Positions 10,673 to 20,443 of a stretch of DNA of 64,000 bases are shown one piece after another. Below the pieces are notes generated by a model, which searched no databases, was not told the DNA's origin, and saw nothing but the letters and a program-made list of their open reading frames with translations. The position numbers and the translations under genes are program-made. The DNA is taken from positions 218,159 to 282,158 of the forward strand of contig CAZHRC010000001.1 in NCBI GenBank assembly GCA_964533865.1, in the 5' to 3' direction. The number at the start of each line of letters is the position of its first letter. The first letter of the stretch is position 1. Source of the stretch: an uncultured Peptoniphilaceae bacterium (lineage in GTDB: Bacteria > Bacillota > Clostridia > Tissierellales > Peptoniphilaceae).

Positions 10673-11797
10673 ATGCAAAAATGTATTGGAATTATAAATA
10701 GTGGATACACAGATGAATCCTTTGGCTCTCTGTGTAAGTTAAGACCGGATTACATGTTGCCATTTGGTGGTCGCTACCGCATTATCGACTTTGAATTGTC
10801 CAATGTGAGTAACAGCAACCTACCCAATGTCATCCTATACGCAGGCAAAAATATTCGGTCAACTTTGGACCATGTGGGAAGCGGTAAAAATTGGGAATTG
10901 AATCGTCGTCGTAATGGACTGATAATCAACCCGCCGCGATACGATGCGAGAACGTCACGACCAAGCGAAGTGGCAAGCTACTACGACAACATGCCATTTT
11001 ACGAAAACACGAGGGCGACAAGCGCATATATTGTTAACCCGATGGTCATTTGCAAGCTAAACATTAAAGATGCCTATGATAAGTTTGTCAATGAGGATTT
11101 AGATGTTTTATTAGTCTATAAGAGCATGAACGACCCAGAAGGGCGTTACCTGAACTCGGATAAGCTCATTTTAAACAGCGATCATAAATTAGTTAACATT
11201 GGATTAAATCTAGGCACAGAAGATGAGTTCAATCTTTATTTAGGCAAGTTATTTATTAAGATGGATGTATTTAAACGCCTTATTAAAGAGTCTATGGAAA
11301 AAGGGAATGCTAATACAATCATTCAAGCGATTCTTAATGTAAAGAATCAATTGAAGATTGGGACTTACGAAGTTGAAAGTCATGTGGAGTATATTCGAGA
11401 TATTCCTTCGTTCTATGAAGCGAACATGAACTTATTAAATATGGATATTTACAAGGAATTGTTCAATAAAGGCGCGATGATTTTGACTAAATCGAAGGAT
11501 GAACCCTCGACGCGTTATGCCGAAGGTGCTCAAGTGCGCAATTCTCTTGTTGCAAATGGTTGTACCATCGAAGGTCAAGTAGAAAACTCCATTATTTTCC
11601 GTGGGGTGACCATTCATAAAAATGCTATCGTCCGCAATTCTATTGTATTCCAAGAAACCATTGTGGAAGAAGATGCTATTGTTGTCAATACCATTACGGA
11701 TAAATACGGATTTGTACCTAAAGGGACATCACTCGTCGGTTCACCACTAAATCCATATGTCGTTGAAAAAGGAACTAAGAAAAGGAGTTACAAATGA
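10673..11797 (+). CDS. glgD: Glycogen biosynthesis protein GlgD (non-catalytic GlgC paralogue)
   Basis: FGGRYRIIDF is kept, but the GGxGxRL loop is replaced (IINSGYTDESF). The gene sits between glgC and glgA. Confidence 0.85.
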   Translation: MQKCIGIINSGYTDESFGSLCKLRPDYMLPFGGRYRIIDFELSNVSNSNLPNVILYAGKNIRSTLDHVGSGKNWELNRRRNGLIINPPRYDARTSRPSEVASYYDNMPFYENTRATSAYIVNPMVICKLNIKDAYDKFVNEDLDVLLVYKSMNDPEGRYLNSDKLILNSDHKLVNIGLNLGTEDEFNLYLGKLFIKMDVFKRLIKESMEKGNANTIIQAILNVKNQLKIGTYEVESHVEYIRDIPSFYEANMNLLNMDIYKELFNKGAMILTKSKDEPSTRYAEGAQVRNSLVANGCTIEGQVENSIIFRGVTIHKNAIVRNSIVFQETIVEEDAIVVNTITDKYGFVPKGTSLVGSPLNPYVVEKGTKKRSYK

Positions 11798-13221
11798 ACG
11801 TACTGTTTACTGTAGCTGAAGCTGCTCCCTTTATAAAGACTGGTGGGTTAGCGGATGTCGCAGGCTCCCTACCAAAGGCTTTATTGAAAAAAGGTGTCGA
11901 TGTTCGAGTCGTCCTCCCCATGTATTCTAAAATAGATGAAAAATATCGCAATGCGATGGAAAAAGTCGGAGAGTTTTACGTTGATCTCGACTGGAAACAT
12001 CAATATGCTGGGATCTATACTTTAGAATACGATAAAGTTACCTACTACTTTATCGATAATAAAGAGTATTTTGACCGGTCAGGGATTTATGGGTTTGGAG
12101 ATGACGCTGAACGCTTTATCTTCTTCTCCAAAGCATGTGTTATGCTTCCCAAGATTTTGGATTTCAAGGTGGATATTTTCCACAGTCATGACTGGCACAC
12201 TGCTCTTGTCAATGTATTCTTGAACGACTTTAGGCGTGGTGATGATTTTTATATTGATATGCGCAGCGTCTATACGATTCATAATTTGAAGTACCAGGGC
12301 GTGTTTAGTCCAAGTGTATTAAAGCTCGCGGGATTATCGCCTTATTACTTCAACGAAGATGATCTAAAATTCTACGACTCGGTGAACTTCATGAAAGGTG
12401 GCATTGTGCACTGTACGGCGTTTACTACAGTATCCAATACTTATGCCACAGAGATTCAGTATCCATTCTTCGGTGAAAACCTTGATGGTGTCGTTCGAGC
12501 GCACAACCACAAACTTTACGGTATTGTCAACGGGATCGACTATGACGTATGGAATCCCGAAACTGACACGTTTGTAAGTAAAAACTATACCCTCGCGACC
12601 ATAAAGGATCGTATTGAGAATAAACGTGCCCTTCAAGAACTCTACGGATTACCTATCAAGGATGATGTTCCTATGATTGGAATGGTTACGCGTTTAACCG
12701 ATATGAAAGGTCTGGATCTCGTGCGCTACATCCTTGATGAATTGCTTCAGGAGGATATCCAGCTGGTCGTCCTCGGCACTGGTGATTACACCTATGAGGA
12801 AATGTTTGGCTACTTCCAATGGCGTTATCCGGAAAAAGTGGCATCGCGCATCTATTACAATAACAAAGAATCTCATATGATCTATGGTGCCGCTGATCTG
12901 TATTTAATGCCATCGGTAGCAGAGCCATGCGGTATTTCTCAGCTTATCGCATTGCGTTATGGAAGTGTACCGATCGTGCGTGAAACCGGTGGGTTAAAAG
13001 ATACGATTGCGCCGTTTGACGAAGATACTGGAAAAGGGGTTGGGTTTACTTTCTCTAATATCAATGCCCACGATCTTTTGTATACGACAAAAATGGCTAT
13101 TGAATCTTATCATAAGCCAAAGACTTTCCAAAAAATCATTAAGAACGCCATGACTCAGCGAAATGATTGGGAAGCTTCATCTGAAGAGTATATTGAGGTT
13201 TACGAGAGTCTCTTAAAATAG
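11794..13221 (+). CDS. glgA: Glycogen synthase (ADP-glucose type)
   Basis: N-terminal KTGGLADV motif. The start overlaps the glgD stop (ATGA). Confidence 0.95.
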   Translation: MNVLFTVAEAAPFIKTGGLADVAGSLPKALLKKGVDVRVVLPMYSKIDEKYRNAMEKVGEFYVDLDWKHQYAGIYTLEYDKVTYYFIDNKEYFDRSGIYGFGDDAERFIFFSKACVMLPKILDFKVDIFHSHDWHTALVNVFLNDFRRGDDFYIDMRSVYTIHNLKYQGVFSPSVLKLAGLSPYYFNEDDLKFYDSVNFMKGGIVHCTAFTTVSNTYATEIQYPFFGENLDGVVRAHNHKLYGIVNGIDYDVWNPETDTFVSKNYTLATIKDRIENKRALQELYGLPIKDDVPMIGMVTRLTDMKGLDLVRYILDELLQEDIQLVVLGTGDYTYEEMFGYFQWRYPEKVASRIYYNNKESHMIYGAADLYLMPSVAEPCGISQLIALRYGSVPIVRETGGLKDTIAPFDEDTGKGVGFTFSNINAHDLLYTTKMAIESYHKPKTFQKIIKNAMTQRNDWEASSEEYIEVYESLLK

Positions 13222-13228
13222 GAGAACT

Positions 13229-15583
13229 ATGATCGCTATCAGAAAAGATGAGTTATCTAAACGCGTTGTGGCAAATCTTTACGGACTCTATGCTAAAGAT
13301 ATTACCACAGCACATAAAAGAGAGGTTTACAACGCCTTAATACAATCGATATGTGAAATCATCGGAAAAAGTTGGAGTGAATACAACAATATAACTCATG
13401 AGGGAAAGACGGTCTACGTCTTTTCCTTTGAGTTAATGACAGGGAAGTTTTTGCCTCGTAACCTATTGCTCATGGGTGCGTATGATATATGTCATGAAGT
13501 CATGAAGTCATTGGGGTACGATCTGGAAGAAATCATAAAAGAAGAAAAGGATATGGGCTTAGGCTATAGCACCATAGGATCTGTAACTGCTGATATTCAC
13601 GATTCTATGGCAACTCTTGGCATTAAAGGGTTTGGATACGGTTTACGCTATCGAAAAGGAATGTTTGGACAAGATCTAGGCGGCGAATTAGTCTTAGATG
13701 ATCGTTTCTTATCGATGTCTTGTCAGACGTCATGGGAGCACAAGAAGTCATTTTATCATGACGTAAGGTTTAATGATTTTACTGTGCGTGCCGTTGCCTA
13801 TGACATTCCAATTGTTGGTCAATACAATGACATCGTCAACACGGTGAGGCTTTGGAGTTCTGAAGCGGTTAACCCTGTAGAGTTTACAGAATTTTCTAAA
13901 GGGGATTTTGAGAAAGCGTATCGTGAGCAATTGAGAGCTAAGTCCATCGTGGAGTTTTTATACCCTGACGACAGTCTTGTTGAAGGAAAAAAATTAAGGA
14001 TTATTCAAGAGTATTTCTTTGCATCGGCCACGATAAAAGATATTCTGCGAAGATTCTTTAAAAACACCCCAAAACGAGATTTAAGAGAGCTATCATCAGA
14101 AATAGCGATTCATATCAACGACATCCATCCGTCCTTTACAATTCTTGAACTCATCCGCATTGCTGTTGATGAACATAGCCTTTTACTCGATGAAGCATTG
14201 AAATTGACTCGGGAAATTTTTACATTTATGAATTTCTCTGTGATGGGTGAATCGATGGAGTCATGGGATCTCCATATTTTAGAAGATTTGATTGGTGGCA
14301 TGGTTCCGCTTATTCGATTGATTGATGATCGTCTGCATGTTGATTTGAAAAAAACATCCTTAGATGACACCCTAATTGCCGACCTTAAGATCATTAAAGG
14401 CGGGCATGTTGATATGACGAACTTGGTCCTCTACACATGTAAAAATTATACAGGACTATCTCTGGCACATTCGGTGGTATTAAAAGATTTTGAACTACCT
14501 CATCAAGCATCTTTTTATAAAGCGAAATTCAAAACAACACAAATTGGTATTCTCCATCGCCATTGGTTGGAAGGAAGTAACCCGAGTTTATATGAGTACC
14601 TTTCAGATCTTATTGGAACAAGGGAAGCGTTAGTAGCTTCAGACTTTAGAAAACTATCGCGTTATTACGACAATCAAACCGTACTCGATGACTTATACCG
14701 CATCAAATCACGTGATAAGCAAAACCTATCCTCGATTATTTATGACAGGTATCGAATAAAAGTCAATCCTTATTCGATCTATGAGATGCAACTCGACAAT
14801 ATTCATGAAAATCGCCGTCAACTACTTAATGCACTTGATATTGCTTCAGTGTATTTTAATCTGAAAGATAATGCAAACCTAGATATATCGCCTCGGACCT
14901 ACTTTATTGCGGGCAAAGCGGCTTTTGGTTATTATATGGCTCAAGAAATCGTATCTCTTATCAATGCACTTAGTAAGATGATCAATAATGATCGCCACAT
15001 CAAGGATAAAATTAAGGTTGTATTTCTTGAAGATAACAATATAGGGACGACGAGTCTTCTAATTCCATCTGCCGACATTAGCCAGCAACTGGCAACTGCA
15101 TCGAAGGAATCTGCTGGGACGACCATGCTGAAATTGATGGCAAATGGTGCAGTACCGGTAGCGACGCAAGATGGTCTGATGATGGATGCCGAACAGACGA
15201 TGAATTCACGGCCTTTATTCACTTTTGGATTGTCGATAAAAGAAGTCTACGATGCTCACCGAACCAATAGTTACCAACCATCCGATTATTACAAATCCAA
15301 TGACGAAATAAAAATGGTCATTGATCGTTTGATCAGTTTGCCTTGGGAAGTTTTTCCCTATGATTTTAATCGAATTTTTAACACCATTATTCGTTACAAC
15401 GACAGTTTTCTCGTATTACGAGATCTTCCGGAATACATGAAAACACAAACTTTGGTGACAAAGGCTTATATGGATAAATACGCCTGGCAAAAACTATCCT
15501 TAGAAGCCATAGCTCTTACAGGAGACTACTCTATGGATGAAACGGTGAAGCACTTAGCAAAATATTTATGGGAGAATCAGTAA
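13229..15583 (+). CDS. glgP: Alpha-glucan phosphorylase family protein, divergent
   Basis: DSMATLG..GYGLRYRKGMFGQ, IHENRRQLLN, AGKAAFGY and the PLP-Lys region ESAGTTMLKLMANG align to GT35 phosphorylases. The GNGGLGRLAA loop is replaced by GYSTIGSVTA. Confidence 0.8.
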   Translation: MIAIRKDELSKRVVANLYGLYAKDITTAHKREVYNALIQSICEIIGKSWSEYNNITHEGKTVYVFSFELMTGKFLPRNLLLMGAYDICHEVMKSLGYDLEEIIKEEKDMGLGYSTIGSVTADIHDSMATLGIKGFGYGLRYRKGMFGQDLGGELVLDDRFLSMSCQTSWEHKKSFYHDVRFNDFTVRAVAYDIPIVGQYNDIVNTVRLWSSEAVNPVEFTEFSKGDFEKAYREQLRAKSIVEFLYPDDSLVEGKKLRIIQEYFFASATIKDILRRFFKNTPKRDLRELSSEIAIHINDIHPSFTILELIRIAVDEHSLLLDEALKLTREIFTFMNFSVMGESMESWDLHILEDLIGGMVPLIRLIDDRLHVDLKKTSLDDTLIADLKIIKGGHVDMTNLVLYTCKNYTGLSLAHSVVLKDFELPHQASFYKAKFKTTQIGILHRHWLEGSNPSLYEYLSDLIGTREALVASDFRKLSRYYDNQTVLDDLYRIKSRDKQNLSSIIYDRYRIKVNPYSIYEMQLDNIHENRRQLLNALDIASVYFNLKDNANLDISPRTYFIAGKAAFGYYMAQEIVSLINALSKMINNDRHIKDKIKVVFLEDNNIGTTSLLIPSADISQQLATASKESAGTTMLKLMANGAVPVATQDGLMMDAEQTMNSRPLFTFGLSIKEVYDAHRTNSYQPSDYYKSNDEIKMVIDRLISLPWEVFPYDFNRIFNTIIRYNDSFLVLRDLPEYMKTQTLVTKAYMDKYAWQKLSLEAIALTGDYSMDETVKHLAKYLWENQ

Positions 15584-15584
15584 A

Positions 15585-17474
15585 ATGCACAAATCAAAAT
15601 CTCATAAGAAGATGGGTGCTTTATATTCAAAAGAACAAACCACATTTAGAGTTTGGGCTCCAAATAAAAAGACAATGGAACTTCTTGTTTTTAAAGAGTA
15701 TAATCAAGTTCGAAGGCAATCCATTCCCATGACTTACGTAGCCGACGACTGTTATGAAGTAACGATAAAAGGCGATCTTAATGGCGTGTATTATACTTAT
15801 CTGATCGATGGAAAGTATGAAGTCACGGATCCTTATAGTGTTGCAAGCTCAATCAATAGTAAAAAATCTTGTGTGATCGATTTATCGATGACCCACCCAG
15901 ATGGTTGGGATACACATCGTAATCCGGAAACAAGTGCAAAGGAAGCGATCATCTACGAGGTGCATATTAAAGACTTTACTAGTCTCGAAAGTTCAAAGGT
16001 TTTAAATCGCGGCAAATATATAGGGTTTGTAGAGACTCCTTTGCGTGCTGACACCGAAATGACTACAGGGATAGAGCATCTCATCGAATTAGGTGTGACA
16101 CATGTGCACCTTCTTCCAGTTTATGATTTCATTACTGTTAATGAAGAACCGGACCGTTTTTTTGACGACGACAATTACAACTGGGGTTATGATCCCGAGC
16201 TTTATAACGTGGTCGAAGGATCTTACTCAACGGACCCTTATAGCCCCTGGACGCGAATTCGAGAGTTAAAAACCATGATTATGGAGCTACACAACGCAGG
16301 TATTTCCGTCATCCTCGATGTGGTTTATAATCACACCTACAAAACCCTCGATTCAAATTTTAATATGTTAGCGCCGAATCAGTACCATAGAATGTGGGAT
16401 GAAAAGTCATTTTCAAACGGCTCTGGTTGCGGAAATGAATTTGCAACAGAATCCCCTATGGGGCGGCACTTTTTAATTGAATCTCTTTGCTACTGGGCGA
16501 GAGAGTTTCGTATCGATGGGTTTAGGTTTGATCTTATGGCCTTAATTGATCTGGACTCTATGGTTATAGCAAGAGAAAAACTGATCGAAATCAATCCCAA
16601 CATGATCATCTATGGTGAACCTTGGATGGCATTATCATCAACTCTTGCAATGGAACAACAAATACGCCCGGGCACTCAGCGAGGAAGAGGGTTTGCGTTA
16701 TTTAACGACATATACAGAGACTCGTTGAAAGGTGATAACGACGGATATGTGAAAGGTTACATCCAGTCAGACTATCGATTTAAAAATGCAGTAGAAACAG
16801 GTATTGCAGGGTCAATTCATTATGACACAGCACATATCGGCACCAGTCAAGAACCAAGCGAATCCATTAATTATTTTAACTCCCATGACAATTTAATCAT
16901 TCAGGATAAAATGGCGTTATTATTTGGTGAGTCAAAAGACATCCGTCGTTTAACAAAATTACTTTACGGTATATTATTTACAAGTCAGGGGATACCGCTG
17001 ATTCACAGTGGAAATGAGTTTTTAAGATCTAAAAAAATGGTCCATAACAGCTACAATGCACCGCTTTCAGTCAATGGTCTTGACTGGACGTTAAAAGAGA
17101 TAAACAGAGATATTTTTTACTACACGAGAGACTTAATCGCTCTTCGAAAAGAATATGATGTGTTTTGTCTTAAGGCAGAAGAAGTCAGGAATCGGTTAAA
17201 TTTTATTAAAAACTTGCCAGACTCAATGATTGGTTACACTTTAAGTATGTTGAAGAATAAAGTGCTACTTATTATCCATAATGCAAAATGGGAGAATGTG
17301 ACTTTCGACACTACTGATGTATGGGAAGAACGCGGGCAAAAACCCATCGTGGCATACCAAATATTTAGCTCATTGGGCAAAACGATGAAGCGCGTAGAGA
17401 GGATATTACAGCTTCGTAAGCTGTCGACATCAATATATATTTACGAGTTAGAAGATTATTACGAATCAGTTTAA
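15585..17474 (+). CDS. Type I pullulanase / glycogen-debranching GH13 enzyme
   Basis: Motifs YNWGYDP, VILDVVYNHT, DGFRFDLM, YGEPW and YFNSHDN. Confidence 0.85.
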   Translation: MHKSKSHKKMGALYSKEQTTFRVWAPNKKTMELLVFKEYNQVRRQSIPMTYVADDCYEVTIKGDLNGVYYTYLIDGKYEVTDPYSVASSINSKKSCVIDLSMTHPDGWDTHRNPETSAKEAIIYEVHIKDFTSLESSKVLNRGKYIGFVETPLRADTEMTTGIEHLIELGVTHVHLLPVYDFITVNEEPDRFFDDDNYNWGYDPELYNVVEGSYSTDPYSPWTRIRELKTMIMELHNAGISVILDVVYNHTYKTLDSNFNMLAPNQYHRMWDEKSFSNGSGCGNEFATESPMGRHFLIESLCYWAREFRIDGFRFDLMALIDLDSMVIAREKLIEINPNMIIYGEPWMALSSTLAMEQQIRPGTQRGRGFALFNDIYRDSLKGDNDGYVKGYIQSDYRFKNAVETGIAGSIHYDTAHIGTSQEPSESINYFNSHDNLIIQDKMALLFGESKDIRRLTKLLYGILFTSQGIPLIHSGNEFLRSKKMVHNSYNAPLSVNGLDWTLKEINRDIFYYTRDLIALRKEYDVFCLKAEEVRNRLNFIKNLPDSMIGYTLSMLKNKVLLIIHNAKWENVTFDTTDVWEERGQKPIVAYQIFSSLGKTMKRVERILQLRKLSTSIYIYELEDYYESV

Positions 17475-17488
17475 GGAGGGGTTTGAGT

Positions 17489-19177
17489 ATGTACATGGAA
17501 CGCTACGAAGAATGGCTTAACAATCCGTATTTTGATGAAGAGACCAAGGAAGAGTTGCGCCAAATCAAAAATAACACCGCAGAAATAGAGGATCGGTTTT
17601 ATCAAGATCTTGAATTTGGTACGGCGGGATTGAGAGGAAAGATAGGTGCGGGAACTAATCGTATGAATCAGTATACGGTTGCTCAAGCGACCCAAGGTCT
17701 AGCCGATACCATACGAGCCGCAGGCGAGGAGGCTGCAAAGAGAGGAGTGGCGATCAGTTATGATGTCCGCCATAAATCAAAGGAATTTGCAGAGATTACC
17801 GCTTCGGTCCTTGCAGCAAATGGGATAAAAGTATACTTGCACAAAGACATCCAACCAACGCCTGTCTTATCCTATAGTATTCGAAAACTAGGGACAATTT
17901 CAGGCGTCATGATTACAGCTAGTCATAACCCTCGAGAGTACAACGGGTACAAGGCTTACTGGGAGGAAGGGTCACAAATTCTAGAAGCAATTGCCGATCA
18001 AATTCTCACTAATATCAGTGAAATTAAAGATTTTTCCGAGATAAAAACCATGACTTTGGATGACGCATTAGCTAGTGGTATGGTCGAATACATCGGAGAT
18101 GACCTCATCGAAGCCTATCTACAAGATGTGTTAGATCTTTCGATCCATGACGATATCGACAAAGATATCAATATCGTCTACTCACCATTAAATGGCACAG
18201 GAGAAAAACTTGTAACCGAAATTCTAAAACGTCGCGGATTTACAAATGTATCCATCGTTGAAGAGCAAAGACTCCCAGATAGCGATTTTACGACAGTTGG
18301 TTATCCAAACCCAGAAGATCCCAAGGCTTTTAAATACTCTGAGGCATTAGGTACAAAAGTTGGTGCAGACATACTAATCGCTACCGACCCTGATGCTGAT
18401 CGACTAGCGATGGAAATCAAAGCAGATGACGGAACCTACGAATTTGTAAACGGAAATAGAATCGCAGCGCTCTATGTCAATTACGTTCTTTCTCAATTGG
18501 AAGCAACCCATGCGCTGCCATCCGATGGGGTTGTGGTGAAATCAATTGTAACAGGTGATTTGGGCAGTGCCATCTCTAAGAAATACGGTATAGAAATGGT
18601 GGAAACCCTAACAGGATTTAAGAACATTTGTGGCATTGCCAACGAGATCGATAAATCCCAAAAGGGGACATTTATTATCGGTTATGAAGAAAGTATTGGC
18701 TATAGTTACGGATCAAACGTTCGCGATAAAGACGCAGTGAGCTCGGCGATGATGATAGCAGAGATGGCTGGTTTCTATAAAAAACAAGGTCTTGGATTAA
18801 GAGATGTTCTCAATCGATTATACGCTGAGCACGGTTACTACACGGATAAACTTGTTTCCTTAACATTAGAAGGATCCGATGGTCAAGCGTTAATTAAACG
18901 CATCATGGAAGAGTTCCGTTTAAATCCAATAAAAGAAATCGGTACGATGGCATTGGAGACAATCGTCGACTACGCCAATGATGAAACGGGACTACAGAAA
19001 TCAAATGTGTTAAAATATTTCTTTGACGATGGTTCCTGGTATGCTTTAAGACCTTCTGGCACAGAACCAAAAATAAAGCTGTATATTAATACAAGAGGTA
19101 CTAGTGTAGAAGACGGTATTGAAAAGATCGCGGCGATTGAATCGATAGCATCTCAAAAAATTCATAACGTAGAATAG
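17489..19177 (+). CDS. pgm: Phosphoglucomutase (alpha-D-phosphohexomutase family)
   Basis: Active-site TASHNPREYNGYK, metal loop ATDPDADR, sugar loop GYEESIGY. ATG 17489 lies 9 nt after AGGAGG. Confidence 0.9.
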   Translation: MYMERYEEWLNNPYFDEETKEELRQIKNNTAEIEDRFYQDLEFGTAGLRGKIGAGTNRMNQYTVAQATQGLADTIRAAGEEAAKRGVAISYDVRHKSKEFAEITASVLAANGIKVYLHKDIQPTPVLSYSIRKLGTISGVMITASHNPREYNGYKAYWEEGSQILEAIADQILTNISEIKDFSEIKTMTLDDALASGMVEYIGDDLIEAYLQDVLDLSIHDDIDKDINIVYSPLNGTGEKLVTEILKRRGFTNVSIVEEQRLPDSDFTTVGYPNPEDPKAFKYSEALGTKVGADILIATDPDADRLAMEIKADDGTYEFVNGNRIAALYVNYVLSQLEATHALPSDGVVVKSIVTGDLGSAISKKYGIEMVETLTGFKNICGIANEIDKSQKGTFIIGYEESIGYSYGSNVRDKDAVSSAMMIAEMAGFYKKQGLGLRDVLNRLYAEHGYYTDKLVSLTLEGSDGQALIKRIMEEFRLNPIKEIGTMALETIVDYANDETGLQKSNVLKYFFDDGSWYALRPSGTEPKIKLYINTRGTSVEDGIEKIAAIESIASQKIHNVE

Positions 19178-19201
19178 CTCTACTGAAATATAGGAGGAAG
19201 A

Positions 19202-19777
19202 ATGGAACTTTTAGAGAAAAAAATTCAAGAATCGGGAAGGGTACTGCCTGGCAATATACTCAAGGTCGATAATTTTTTAAATCATATGATTGACGTCGAA
19301 CTTTTTGATGAAATGGGTAAAGAATTTTATAATCACTTCAAATCTAAGAAAATCGACAAGATTATCACTATTGAAGTGTCAGGAATTGGTCTTTCCGTCG
19401 CGACAGCGCGCTACTTTAAAGTGCCTGTACTTTATGCCAAGAAGACGGAATCTAAGACGCTAAGCGATAATTGCTATGTGAGTCAAGTCTATTCCTATAC
19501 TAAGGCAACAACTTACAATATCCGTGTGGATAAAAACATGTTAACACGAGGTGAGCATGTATTAATCATCGATGATTTTCTAGCAAACGGAAAGGCCCTA
19601 GAAGGCTTAATTGACATAGCAGACCAAGCGGGTGTCGTTATTGAAGGCATAGGCATTGCTATCGAAAAAGGGTTCCAACAAGGCGGGACGATGATTCGCG
19701 ATAAGGGATACGAAATCCAATCCCTGGCCATCGTAGATTCTTTGGACAATAACAAGGTGACGTTTAGACAGCAATAA
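19202..19777 (+). CDS. xpt: Xanthine phosphoribosyltransferase
   Basis: PRPP loop VLIIDDFLANGKA and an Xpt-like N-terminus. RBS TAGGAGGAAG. Confidence 0.9.
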   Translation: MELLEKKIQESGRVLPGNILKVDNFLNHMIDVELFDEMGKEFYNHFKSKKIDKIITIEVSGIGLSVATARYFKVPVLYAKKTESKTLSDNCYVSQVYSYTKATTYNIRVDKNMLTRGEHVLIIDDFLANGKALEGLIDIADQAGVVIEGIGIAIEKGFQQGGTMIRDKGYEIQSLAIVDSLDNNKVTFRQQ

Positions 19778-19833
19778 CATCTAAGCTAGAAAAGTTTACA
19801 CGATCGAAAAACCATCGAGTGAGATAGGATTAG

Positions 19834-19880
19834 AAAGTAGCCAAAAACTCAACGTTGAGATTTGGCTACTTTTACTTTTC
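19834..19880 (+). terminator. Intrinsic terminator ending the glg-pgm-xpt run
   Basis: A 12-bp stem aaagtagccaaa/tttggctacttt, followed by a T-rich tail. Confidence 0.7.
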
Positions 19881-19930
19881 ATGTTCATTTTTAGCAATAT
19901 ATGGTAAGATTATTCAAAGGGGTGATGACT

Positions 19931-20443
19931 ATGGACGCTATTTTTAACCTTTTAGAAGAATTTTTTGCTCTAAAGGTTCTAGGCGATCTGACACTTTATG
20001 AACTCACGGCGATGATTTTCAAATACATCTTTGTTTTTGTCGTCTATTATTTTATTTATAATATTATTAAAATGATCTACCTGGATATCAGAGATACTCA
20101 AAAAATGGGGTACGCTGCTAATACCTACTTAAAGTTGATCAACCGGAAAGAACAGCTCCCATTCAATGTCCAAGAGCATTACTATATTGGGAAATCTACG
20201 ACGATAGGAAGAGATGATTCAAATACGATCTCTATCAAAGACCGATACATGTCAAAAAAACATGCCCAAATCATCGAGGATGAAGGTATATTCTTTCTAG
20301 AAGACTTATCGTCAGCAAATGGCACGTTCCTCAACGGTGAAGAAATAAAGGATGCTATCGAACTTAAAGACAAAGATATCATCGATATTGGACAGATTGA
20401 GTTTTTGTTTGTTGATAGTGGTGAGGGTAACGATGAAGAATAA
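19931..20443 (+). CDS. Membrane-anchored FHA-domain protein
   Basis: An N-terminal hydrophobic segment (IFKYIFVFVVYYFIYNII) and a C-terminal FHA core (IGRDDSNTISIKDRYMSKKHAQI...SANGTFLNGE). ATG 19931 follows AAAGGGG. Confidence 0.8.
   Translation: MDAIFNLLEEFFALKVLGDLTLYELTAMIFKYIFVFVVYYFIYNIIKMIYLDIRDTQKMGYAANTYLKLINRKEQLPFNVQEHYYIGKSTTIGRDDSNTISIKDRYMSKKHAQIIEDEGIFFLEDLSSANGTFLNGEEIKDAIELKDKDIIDIGQIEFLFVDSGEGNDEE

Noticed and set aside
19178-19201. Expected purine riboswitch upstream of xpt.
   Set aside because: Only 24 nt separate pgm from xpt, so there is no space for an aptamer. xpt appears to be co-transcribed with the glycogen/pgm genes.
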